A stretch of DNA of 54,425 nt from a virus (IMGVR_UViG_3300031965_000039:1-54425); one strand, 5' to 3'; positions 8,797 through 16,798 are shown, counted from the first letter of the stretch. Notes: generated from the letters alone by a model not told the origin. Numbers and translations are program-made.

Positions 8797-8957
8797 TCTA
8801 CCTGCACAAATTCAGCGTTAGGAAACTTCGCCCTAACCCGCGCATAAAATCGCTCAATGGTCTCGATTTTCTTGCGCCGAGCAATAACAACAGTTCGATT
8901 ATTAGACTCAAAAGGTAAAATGCGATAAGCGCTATTTTTTCTGAGTTCGATTATCAT
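8793..8957 (-). CDS. 54-aa hypothetical protein
   Basis: MIIELRKNSAYRILPFE...FPNAEFVQVE*; ATGA overlaps at both ends. Confidence 0.5.
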   Translation of the reverse strand: MIIELRKNSAYRILPFESNNRTVVIARRKKIETIERFYARVRAKFPNAEFVQVE

Positions 8958-9157
8958 AACTCACCATTTAAAATTTTTTCTGCTAATTCAAGCGGAATTT
9001 TTTTAATTGGTTGAGACTCATAATAAGAATCTAAAACCGCTTTAACATCTTCAGCGGTTATTTCTTTGCCAACTTTTTTTGAAGCTGCAAACGCGATCTT
9101 TTTCAATTCGATTATCACATTTTTCCTTTTATCAAAGACCAAACGCTTTTTTCCCAA
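8954..9157 (-). CDS. hypothetical protein
   Basis: Operon packing. Confidence 0.55.
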   Translation of the reverse strand: MGKKRLVFDKRKNVIIELKKIAFAASKKVGKEITAEDVKAVLDSYYESQPIKKIPLELAEKILNGEL

Positions 9158-9356
9158 GAATTACAACTATCTTGTCAAGATGCTTCCTCGGTGGAAGCCA
9201 TCTTCCTGACTCATAGCAACTTAAAGTACTACGCGAGATTCCTGTCTTTTCAGACAAATCTTTTTGAGATAAGTCCAGACCTATTCTGGCAAGTTTCATT
9301 TGCTTCCCAAGGAGGCGCATGGATTCCCTTACAGAGATAACATTTTCAGTTTTCAT
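9132..9356 (-). CDS. XRE-family HTH regulator (Cro-like)
   Basis: LSQKDLSEKTGISRSTLSCYESG; first gene after leftward promoter. Confidence 0.9.
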   Translation of the reverse strand: MKTENVISVRESMRLLGKQMKLARIGLDLSQKDLSEKTGISRSTLSCYESGRWLPPRKHLDKIVVILGKKAFGL

Positions 9357-9362
9357 ATTTCA

Positions 9363-9391
9363 ACTATACAAAATAATTTTTAGAAAGTCAA
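9363..9391 (-). promoter_or_regulatory. sigma70-type promoter, leftward
   Basis: TTGACT-N17-TATAGT. Confidence 0.75.
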
Positions 9392-9413
9392 GCAAAATTT
9401 TATAAAATAATTC

Positions 9414-9442
9414 TTGACTTTTAGGTGGGAGTTTAGTATACT
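9414..9442 (+). promoter_or_regulatory. sigma70-type promoter, rightward (divergent pair)
   Basis: TTGACT-N17-TATACT. Confidence 0.75.
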
Positions 9443-9475
9443 CTCGGAGTAAGTTTTTTTGAAAGGAATTTATAG

Positions 9476-9784
9476 ATGAGTAGTAGAAAACAACAAAACA
9501 ATAATAATGCTGCCGACAAAGCTGTCAAGTTGAGTAAATTGTTAGCCAGCAAGTATTGTGGCAAATGCGTTCACATCATAAACATCCCAGGTAACTGTCA
9601 TATCGGTTGCGCAAACTTAAACGCGAAGCCAACGCGAAAAATGTGGAAGGGCTGCGGAATATGGCCGCTCAACTTTGACACTGCGACCGTCGAATCGTGC
9701 GATGGCTACAGCGAGAACCAAAATGACGAAATTGACCGCAAAGAAACCCCACTGCTCGAACTGATGCGGCTTCTTGCTGGCTAA
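9476..9784 (+). CDS. Cys-rich hypothetical protein in cassette 9541-9785
   Basis: CGKC-H...HIGC...WPLNFD; ends GTTAGCCAGCAAG / CTTGCTGGCTAAT 12/13 complementary. Confidence 0.7.
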   Translation: MSSRKQQNNNNAADKAVKLSKLLASKYCGKCVHIINIPGNCHIGCANLNAKPTRKMWKGCGIWPLNFDTATVESCDGYSENQNDEIDRKETPLLELMRLLAG

Positions 9785-9915
9785 TAAGGTATTAACCCTC
9801 AAAGGAAAAGAAAATCAGTACTCCGCAGGGTGAGTTGTGGGGTGTATGATATATCGGAGAAAACATGAGTGGAGAACCAAAACAACATGAACTTAATAAC
9901 CAAATGGAGGTTCTC

Positions 9916-10098
9916 ATGGAAACAAAATTCAAGGTGCCTAAGTTGGCACCGAAGCTTGAACGACTTCACAAGGCCATCACTGCCCTGTGGGGCGCAAAAA
10001 TGAACATGAGTAAGATGGAACAACCTGAATTCAAGGACGCATTTGTTAAAACTGCTGAACGGCAGAAAGCGAGGATAAGGGGAATCATAAACGAATAA
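9916..10098 (+). CDS. hypothetical protein
   Basis: GGAGG SD before METKFK. Confidence 0.6.
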   Translation: METKFKVPKLAPKLERLHKAITALWGAKMNMSKMEQPEFKDAFVKTAERQKARIRGIINE

Positions 10099-10172
10099 AA
10101 AAAGAAATCTACGAGGGTAAATATTGGATGGAGACCTAACATCTATGAACTTAACTCCAATGGAGGTCTCAA

Positions 10173-11243
10173 ATGAACAACAAGGATTTAGGATTAGAAA
10201 AAGATAATGGCAAATTTGTCATTTGCGAAGGTAAACATCAATTTTGGAGAAGATTCGTCTGTTTCTTTAAATCAAGCTGGTATTTTGTGCGGCATGATTG
10301 GAACACATGGAAACAGCTTGCTAAGTACGGAATGCTTTTATTGCTGGTTTCAACGGGATTTACTCAAGAACGCGGTGAATTCTGGATTGAAACATTCAAA
10401 CCCGGCTCTTCCAGCCTTGTGGATGTCAATCAGAATACGCTCGTGTTTCTTGATACGCTGGCAGCAGATTCGTCTATCACCATCTGGTATCTTGGAGCCA
10501 GCGATTCAATGGACTGGTATATGAACGGTAAGAAAGTGAATTTTGAAATTGGCGAGGCATGGAATGATGCTAAGCGTTTGAGCCGAGCGCGCACTGTAGC
10601 GGCACTGTATAAAAGCAACCGTATCGGGGTTACTTATCACTCTAAACGGGGTGTCCTGGTTCAATGGGAGCGTATTCCAAAATTGGTTGAGGGTCCGACT
10701 GATGATTACGAGACTAATGGTGTTTACACGAAAATCGATACAGCTTATCTCTCATGGCTACCGTTTCGGATTCCGGATCATTTTGTTATAGTCTCGATTT
10801 CTTTGATTGATCCTTTGTTGAAAAACGACGAAGGCTATGACCTCAAAGAAGAAGTGATCGGCTATGAAGTCGGTTTATTCGCCAATGTCGCTAATAATAT
10901 TTATTTCGGAGTCGGTGCAGCCCACCGTTGGGACAAATGGGATCCGGATGCTGCGATGGAAGAATGGCGGACAACTTTCTTTGTGTCGGGCGCTATCAAG
11001 GCTGGTAAGGTCATGCTGTTCATATCACCTGGTTTGGCGTGGAACTATTTCCGCCATGATGGACTCGACCACGCTCGTGTTCGCGGAGCGTTCAGTGGGA
11101 AGATTGCATACCGGACCAAAGCTATGAAAGACCTTGACGTACTCGCCAGTTTCGGGGGAGATTGGATGGCCGTGAACGAATTTAACGTTCAAGACACCAA
11201 TCTTAACTTTGGTGTCGGAATCGGGTATCGGATATCAAATTAA
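10173..11243 (+). CDS. putative outer-membrane beta-barrel protein with OmpA-like N-terminal domain
   Basis: Signal-like LLLLVSTGFT/Q; G-SD...N...LSRARTV; amphipathic strands ending NFGVGIGYRI. Confidence 0.65.
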   Translation: MNNKDLGLEKDNGKFVICEGKHQFWRRFVCFFKSSWYFVRHDWNTWKQLAKYGMLLLLVSTGFTQERGEFWIETFKPGSSSLVDVNQNTLVFLDTLAADSSITIWYLGASDSMDWYMNGKKVNFEIGEAWNDAKRLSRARTVAALYKSNRIGVTYHSKRGVLVQWERIPKLVEGPTDDYETNGVYTKIDTAYLSWLPFRIPDHFVIVSISLIDPLLKNDEGYDLKEEVIGYEVGLFANVANNIYFGVGAAHRWDKWDPDAAMEEWRTTFFVSGAIKAGKVMLFISPGLAWNYFRHDGLDHARVRGAFSGKIAYRTKAMKDLDVLASFGGDWMAVNEFNVQDTNLNFGVGIGYRISN

Positions 11244-11258
11244 AAATGGGAGAAATAA

Positions 11259-11459
11259 ATGAGTAAAAATATTAATGGCATTGCAGTTATTTATGCAGAG
11301 GCAGAGCAACAATGTGATTTATGTGGCAACATATCCGAGCTTAGATCCTATGGCCATAACGGTGAATGTATTTGCTATGAATGCGGAATGAAGGACGAGA
11401 AAACAACTGATCGCATGATGGCTAAGGTTTTATTTGGGGTGGAGGATTTTGAGAGATGA
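11259..11459 (+). CDS. small zinc-finger protein
   Basis: CDLC...ELRSYG-NGECICYEC. Confidence 0.7.
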   Translation: MSKNINGIAVIYAEAEQQCDLCGNISELRSYGHNGECICYECGMKDEKTTDRMMAKVLFGVEDFER

Positions 11460-11860
11460 ACGTTTACTTCGGAACTACTGCTGCACCTAACTCATCACAT
11501 AAAGCTTCGGTAAGGCGCGATTGTCTGAAGTGTGAAAAAACTAAAATTGCTATACAAAAATTGCGCAATGTAATTGAAGCGGGCAATATGAAAGTAAACG
11601 AACTATGGGCACAAATTACGATTGGAGATGTAATTGAACTTTTCAAAGAAGTGCTTGATGATGATGACCAAACTTATGTTCGTAATATAACATCGGTTAT
11701 CTTTGACATTCCAGGTCAGCCATCGGTAGAGTTGACAGCAGATGAATTGAAAAAACTTGTCGTTGGCTATGACAAAAATAGATCAATGCCTCACACGGTA
11801 TTAATCTGCAAGGAATCAAAAAATGAAGATCACAAGAATTATTTGTCAAATCCTGTCTAA
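11456..11860 (+). CDS. hypothetical protein
   Basis: ATGA overlap, 134 aa. Confidence 0.55.
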   Translation: MNVYFGTTAAPNSSHKASVRRDCLKCEKTKIAIQKLRNVIEAGNMKVNELWAQITIGDVIELFKEVLDDDDQTYVRNITSVIFDIPGQPSVELTADELKKLVVGYDKNRSMPHTVLICKESKNEDHKNYLSNPV

Positions 11861-12341
11861 TGAAAAGCAGATGGGCCAAATTGTTTTGTTCGGAATAATT
11901 ATAGCTCTGCTCATCTGGACGGCTTGCGACAACTATCCGACTGAAGTCGCCACATCGCGGCCATTCAGGGTCGAAAACAAAGGGACAATCCGCTTTAACA
12001 ACAACACGGTCGTCAGTTTCGTTTTTGACATTTATGGAGGCGGTCCAACTTATAAGATAAGTTTTGACTATGACGCTGACGGAGATCACGATGACGGCAA
12101 GCTGACGGTGACACGCCGAAGTGATAAGGAGCCGTTTGGAATAATAACTCCTGGAGTGGCTTTGGTGGCGATACCTTCAAACGTTGTCAGAATTTTGATT
12201 TTCGATGTCAGTAGTTCAAAAGATACTACTTTGACAACTCAAATTAGAACGACGGCGCCGGATGCAGTTCTGGAAATCAATCTCGGCACGGAAGGATTCG
12301 ACTTCCATTATGCACCCCAAAACAAACCAAAAAGGAGCTAA
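11823..12341 (+). CDS. lipoprotein
   Basis: Hydrophobic stretch ending WTAC; beta-rich body. Confidence 0.65.
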   Translation: MKITRIICQILSNEKQMGQIVLFGIIIALLIWTACDNYPTEVATSRPFRVENKGTIRFNNNTVVSFVFDIYGGGPTYKISFDYDADGDHDDGKLTVTRRSDKEPFGIITPGVALVAIPSNVVRILIFDVSSSKDTTLTTQIRTTAPDAVLEINLGTEGFDFHYAPQNKPKRS

Positions 12342-12342
12342 C

Positions 12343-12534
12343 ATGAATCTATACAAATTGATATCATCGACGGTTGATGACGAGAAGAGATTTGGAAGGT
12401 CAAGATACGCAAGGTATAATGTACTTGCCAATACTCTCTCGGAAGCAATCGAAAAAGTGAAACCATCTTTGTCAAATGAACTGAAGGAGTACATTGACGA
12501 AGCCGAGATCATTGCCATGATTGACGTAGAATAG
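12343..12534 (+). CDS. hypothetical protein
   Basis: AGGAG SD before MNLYKL. Confidence 0.6.
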   Translation: MNLYKLISSTVDDEKRFGRSRYARYNVLANTLSEAIEKVKPSLSNELKEYIDEAEIIAMIDVE

Positions 12535-12600
12535 CCCCAATGCCGGCGCGGTGTGCGTTTACAGGAAAGGCCAACGAGTTCCGAGATGTCGGTTCCGTGC

Positions 12601-12628
12601 GTAGGTTCAAATCCTGCCAGTCTCACTA
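12601..12628 (+). other. tRNA 3'-end-like fragment
   Basis: GTAGG-TTCAAAT-CCTGC T-arm then CAGTCTC-A-CTA; no matching 5' acceptor strand found. Confidence 0.5.
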
Positions 12629-12717
12629 AAAATTGTCAGGGGGACAAGTGGGAAAATGTCCATTTTGCGGGAAGTGAAAATACAGAAATTGAGAAACAAA
12701 CCTATGGAGGTTTTTGC

Positions 12718-12885
12718 ATGAAATTAACAGATGCCGTAAAGACGGAAAAGGTTAATGTAAGTTCAGGGAGCAACTCGATTTATTTTGACGAAAGTTCTTC
12801 GAATTGGGTTGTGCTGACAAGGCACTATAAGGCCAGGCACAATATAGTTTTAGACGAAGCGGTGAAGGTGTTGCTTGAAGGATAA
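12718..12885 (+). CDS. hypothetical protein
   Basis: GGAGG SD before MKLTDA; stop lies in attC-like R box. Confidence 0.6.
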   Translation: MKLTDAVKTEKVNVSSGSNSIYFDESSSNWVVLTRHYKARHNIVLDEAVKVLLEG

Positions 12886-13009
12886 CGCTCGCTTCACGCG
12901 TGGCGGGAGAAGAAGCAAGGAACGTCAAAGTAAAAATAAACTATGATTACGAACAAAACAGACCCGAAAAGCCGGTGCCCCGCCGGCGCTGTGCAAGCGG
13001 TCGTTAGGT
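12880..13009 (-). mobile_element. attC-like site (complete)
   Basis: On + strand GGATAAC-GCTCG-CTTCACGCGTGGCGGG ... CCCGCCGGCGC[T]GTG[C]AAG-CGGTC-GTTAGGT. Confidence 0.75.
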
Positions 13010-13016
13010 GTAGATT

Positions 13017-13283
13017 ATGTCAAACATTGAACAAACTAAAGATGGACTGATTGAAAAATCGTCAGGGCGCAAGATTGAAAGTCCGTTGGATTATGTTGAA
13101 AAAAGCAATGATGTCCTTTCTGCATTACAAAGCGCAATTGGTTCACTACGTCATGTTACTCTTTATAGTTCGCAAATCAATACAAGAGAGCAATGCCAAG
13201 AAATGATAGAGGCATTGCAAGATCGAGTCGATGCTGCCGTAAAAGCAAGAATATTATTTGCCAAGAATAGCGACCGTGTGTGA
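13017..13283 (+). CDS. hypothetical protein
   Basis: Starts just after attC-like site. Confidence 0.6.
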   Translation: MSNIEQTKDGLIEKSSGRKIESPLDYVEKSNDVLSALQSAIGSLRHVTLYSSQINTREQCQEMIEALQDRVDAAVKARILFAKNSDRV

Positions 13284-13544
13284 TTATGATGGTTTAATCG
13301 GAGTGTGGATTGAAGAACTATCTGAAATTTTTTCAAAGCAAGGACATAGTGGAACAAGCGCTGAAATAACGCTGGCATTATTTAATCAGCTTATGGATGA
13401 ATATAAAACACCAGGGATCAGTTGATTAAAAATAATGAGAAACTTATGAAAGTAGAAATTCCATTTCCAGAATGCCAGGATAGAGAATTTGCCGAACGTG
13501 CCTGGCATTGCTTGCAAGTTTTTAAGAGGTAAACTAAAAACAAA

Positions 13545-14078
13545 GTGAACGAGTGTATCATGGAACGGCCAGATCTTGAAATAATAGTAACCTTTGAGAA
13601 GATGCTGGCTGAATACTGCGGATCAAAGTATGCTGTTTCTGTTGACTGCGGCACTCATGCCATTGAACTTGCTTTGAGATTGGTTAAACCGCCTATAGTT
13701 TTTATTCCGCGGAACGAATATCGTTCCGTTATCAATGTTGTTCGCCGGCTTGACTTGGAAATGGAATGGACAGAATCACGGGAATTGCCGTTTGAATTGA
13801 CACGGAATCCTTCCGTTTTTGATGCTTGTGGAATTCTGCCAAGATTTGAATCTTTTGTAAATGAAAACTCTATTGTTTGCCTCTCTTTTACAGGAGCAAG
13901 AAAACCTATTAACATGCCAAAAGGCGGAGCGATTCTTTGCAACAATATTGCAGCACGGGATTGGTTTCTCGCAATGCGATGGCATGGAACTGAGACTGAG
14001 CCAGGCTTATATTACTGGCTATCACCAGAAGATGCAGCGCATGGGATTAGAGTTTTGACTGATTTGATGTATAAATAA
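13545..14078 (+). CDS. short DegT/DnrJ/EryC1/StrS-like PLP protein
   Basis: FEKMLAEYCGSKYAVSVDCGTHAIELAL; CLSF...K...GGAIL. Confidence 0.8.
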   Translation: MNECIMERPDLEIIVTFEKMLAEYCGSKYAVSVDCGTHAIELALRLVKPPIVFIPRNEYRSVINVVRRLDLEMEWTESRELPFELTRNPSVFDACGILPRFESFVNENSIVCLSFTGARKPINMPKGGAILCNNIAARDWFLAMRWHGTETEPGLYYWLSPEDAAHGIRVLTDLMYK

Positions 14079-14097
14079 AATTTGAGAGGACTTCAAC

Positions 14098-14703
14098 ATG
14101 ATACAAAACAGTTTTCCAATGATTGAAAAAGTCGAGAACATTAATTTGCAAGGAGAATGGCTTGAACCATTGAAACGGATCGAACCGAGACTGCAAGCAG
14201 CAGGAATAAATGCTTTTTACAATGTTCTTCATAAACACAATGATCTTCAAGATGGCGAAATTTACGTTCGGCATAGAGTCGGGAAAGGATTGAAGGAAGT
14301 GGAATTCGTCAAGCCGATGCAAGAGCCAAAACGAAGTGTCTTACTACCAAATTCGTTTGTGATCGTCAATGACTGGATTTGGCCAGTAGTGTGGGCTATT
14401 CCTGAAGATGCACCACAACTCCCAAATATTGAAATGTTGAAGCTAATCGTTTCCGCACTTCTTGAAACTGGGAAAGCAAAACAGATTGGTTTCACGCTTT
14501 TGCCGAGACCACAATTGACGGCCCCGGAAGGAAAGACTTGGATGGAGAAACAGATCGGAAACCGTATCCTTGAAACTAAACTATGGAATATTGAAACGGA
14601 TGGAAAGGCAAAAATAACTAATTTCACTTCCGATGGAGCTTTCAGAAAATGCAAGAATTGTAGTTTGTATTCTGACGGAACGCACTCAAAGGGATCACAT
14701 TAA
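14098..14703 (+). CDS. hypothetical protein
   Basis: GAGGA SD, 201 aa. Confidence 0.65.
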   Translation: MIQNSFPMIEKVENINLQGEWLEPLKRIEPRLQAAGINAFYNVLHKHNDLQDGEIYVRHRVGKGLKEVEFVKPMQEPKRSVLLPNSFVIVNDWIWPVVWAIPEDAPQLPNIEMLKLIVSALLETGKAKQIGFTLLPRPQLTAPEGKTWMEKQIGNRILETKLWNIETDGKAKITNFTSDGAFRKCKNCSLYSDGTHSKGSH

Positions 14704-14820
14704 TAAAATGCGCCCCAGTAAATAAACCTGCGATAAAGAGTGGTGTCTGGTCGCGGAGTTATTTTGAACAACTGGGGCGCTTAAATTTATGTTAGGCAAC
14801 TAAAACGAGGAACTTTTATT

Positions 14821-15042
14821 ATGAGAAAGATGCAGCGCATGGTTAGGTGTGCTTTCACGGCATCCGAAGCCAATCACATCCTTAGCCTAATAGCATGTAA
14901 TGAGCGCAACGGCGAACATACCGCGCCTCAAGACCAATACTGGAAACGGAGCGAACGCATAAAGACCAAGCTCGCCAGCATACCGAACGACAAGTTGAGG
15001 GGCGGGACGCTTTACCAGCGTCCCGCTCGAACGGAAAGTTAG
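14821..15042 (+). CDS. hypothetical protein in cassette 14842-14988
   Basis: Ends GTTAGGTGTGCT / AGCATACCGAAC 10/12 complementary; C-terminus encoded by attC-like site. Confidence 0.6.
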   Translation: MRKMQRMVRCAFTASEANHILSLIACNERNGEHTAPQDQYWKRSERIKTKLASIPNDKLRGGTLYQRPARTES

Positions 15043-15044
15043 GC
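14982..15044 (-). mobile_element. attC-like site (63 bp, complete)
   Basis: On + strand ACCGAAC-GACAA-GTTGAGGGGCGGGACGCT-TTACC-AGCGTCCCGCTC[G]AAC-GGAAA-GTTAGGC. Confidence 0.8.
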
Positions 15045-15068
15045 CCAGCCTTAACAACGGAGAAAGAC

Positions 15069-15278
15069 ATGGACACAAAAACGAAACGCAAATACCTAAG
15101 AGACTATACCTGTGCCGCGCGCAACTTAGAACTTGCTGGTGTTGCATTAACAATCCTTGAGGGGATGAATACACGGGAGGCGGCATCCGCTGTCAACGCA
15201 CTGCAACGCGGGCAGAAACGACAATTAAAACTTTTGGACGCGGCGGCGGCGAAACTTGGCGTTCCTTACGGGGCATAA
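15069..15278 (+). CDS. hypothetical protein in cassette 15038-15279
   Basis: GGAG SD; ends GTTAGGCCC / GGGCATAAC 8/9 complementary; stop within R box. Confidence 0.7.
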   Translation: MDTKTKRKYLRDYTCAARNLELAGVALTILEGMNTREAASAVNALQRGQKRQLKLLDAAAAKLGVPYGA

Positions 15279-15401
15279 CGCGAGCATCACGCGCAAAAGG
15301 AAAAAGAACAGTGAATGAAGAAAGCAAACTGAAACCTGATAAAGGCATTGAACTAACCCAAGAGCACGCAGCCCTTTTGTCGCGTGAATGCGAAGTTAGA
15401 C
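15273..15401 (-). mobile_element. attC-like site (complete)
   Basis: On + strand GCATAAC-GCGAG-CATCACGCGCAAAAGG ... CCTTTTG[T]CGCGTG[A]ATG-CGAA-GTTAGAC; same geometry as 5881-6012. Confidence 0.8.
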
Positions 15402-15482
15402 CAAAAGCATATTTAATATGATTCAAACTGTTTGATTTTGGTTATGAACTTGGTGTTTGTCTTTGTGAGGAACAAAAAATCC

Positions 15483-15511
15483 TTGACATTTAGCGGTTAT
15501 GTGAGTATATT
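15483..15511 (+). promoter_or_regulatory. sigma70-type promoter of replication genes
   Basis: TTGACA-N17-TATATT. Confidence 0.75.
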
Positions 15512-15554
15512 TCAGTACGGTATCCGAAAGCCGGTGAGTAGTAGTAAAATAGAA

Positions 15555-15653
15555 TGCAAATAAGGTGTTTAAAGCCCTTAATGGTAGGGGTTTGTGAAAT
15601 CCTTATTTGCAGATATTCATAAGCAAATCCCTACCACTGAGGGTTTTTATTTT
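15555..15653 (+). promoter_or_regulatory. structured leader / attenuator
   Basis: Long stem 15572-15594 with 15624-15646 plus T-rich tail; second helix 15555-15565 with 15601-15611. Confidence 0.55.
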
Positions 15654-15956
15654 ATGTCTAAAGCAAAAGATAAAGCTCTTGTTGTAGATAGGCTTCACGA
15701 CTATCTGATTTTCCAATTTCATAAAACAGGCCTGAATAATCTTCCATTTAGTTCTGCTGGACTTCATTTTGCAATCGGCGGTAACATTAAAAAACTCCGT
15801 AAAGCCAAGAAACTCCTACCAATAAAATATCCCTATCTTAGTCGCGAGGTAAAAGAAATTCCCAATCCTGATTGCAATTCTGAATTTAAAACAATTCATC
15901 GATCTTTTTATTCTATTGATTGGAATAAATTACGCAAGCTGAATGGAAAGTCTTAA
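15654..15956 (+). CDS. hypothetical basic protein
   Basis: ATG directly after leader hairpin. Confidence 0.55.
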   Translation: MSKAKDKALVVDRLHDYLIFQFHKTGLNNLPFSSAGLHFAIGGNIKKLRKAKKLLPIKYPYLSREVKEIPNPDCNSEFKTIHRSFYSIDWNKLRKLNGKS

Positions 15957-16027
15957 ATTATCATCTTGGATGGTTCGGGCAGGATTTCTGAATTGAAGCA
16001 ATTTTTGTTTTGAAAAGGCAGCAGTGA

Positions 16028-16798
16028 ATGGCATTTGTTAAAATGGAACGCAGCGCAGAGGTCGATGAAATGCTAAAGCATCCTTTGGAATTTACATTGT
16101 TAGCTCAGATTGCGAAAAGAGCGCGCAGAGCAGAAGATGATGCCAATATTCACGGGCTTGAAATAGGTCAGGCGTTAGTAGGAGACTACCAATCAGTTGG
16201 CATGTCGAGGCAACAATATCGACGTTGCCTGACCAACCTTCAAACATGGCAGATAATAACCATCAAACCAACCAACAAAGGAACCATCGCAAAGATAATA
16301 AATACAAGAATTTTTGATCCAAACCTGCCATCAAACCAACCAACAAACACGCACGCAACCAACCAACAAACACGCACGCAACCAACCACTAAGAAGAATA
16401 TAAGAAGAAAAGAAGATCAAGAAGATTATATCCAAAGTCCAGAAAGCGGACGTTTGGACGCAAAACAAATTGATGATATTTATTTCAGGGCCGCTGACTA
16501 TGCAATTGAACAAATAAAGAAAACGCATCCGCATCTTTCGCTTAATGGGCGCATTCGAATAAAGACTGCCGCGGATTTTGATAAACTGGTGAGGATTGAC
16601 AAAAAAGCACTTGAAGATTTGCGAGCGATTCTTGATTGGTTACCGGATTCTCCAATTGATGAGCGAACCGGATTTAGCTGGAAGCAACAGATTCAATCAC
16701 CTTTGAAAATTAGGCAACGTAAAGATGGGATTCTATATTTTGATAAATTGTTTAGCGCTATGAACAATTCCGGAAAAAAGGAATCGGTTTACGTATGA
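16028..16798 (+). CDS. replication initiator protein (lambda O-like)
   Basis: N-terminal winged-helix-like region, central repeat linker, upstream of helicase. Confidence 0.75.
   Translation: MAFVKMERSAEVDEMLKHPLEFTLLAQIAKRARRAEDDANIHGLEIGQALVGDYQSVGMSRQQYRRCLTNLQTWQIITIKPTNKGTIAKIINTRIFDPNLPSNQPTNTHATNQQTRTQPTTKKNIRRKEDQEDYIQSPESGRLDAKQIDDIYFRAADYAIEQIKKTHPHLSLNGRIRIKTAADFDKLVRIDKKALEDLRAILDWLPDSPIDERTGFSWKQQIQSPLKIRQRKDGILYFDKLFSAMNNSGKKESVYV
16334..16388 (+). repeat. 23-bp tandem iterons, probable origin
   Basis: AACCAACCAACAAACACGCACGC x2 plus partial copy inside initiator gene. Confidence 0.7.

Noticed and set aside
8817-8837. GTTAGG...CCTAAC as an empty cassette
   Set aside because: No paired arms; lies within a plausible 54-aa ORF
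11481-11491. CTGCACCTAAC complementary to 13003-13013
   Set aside because: Wrong order for cassette ends and no attC arm follows
12216-12626. 136-aa minus-strand ORF
   Set aside because: Antisense shadow of plus-strand genes and the tRNA-like fragment
16334-16388. Mini-CRISPR
   Set aside because: Repeats are directly adjacent with no spacers; fits iterons
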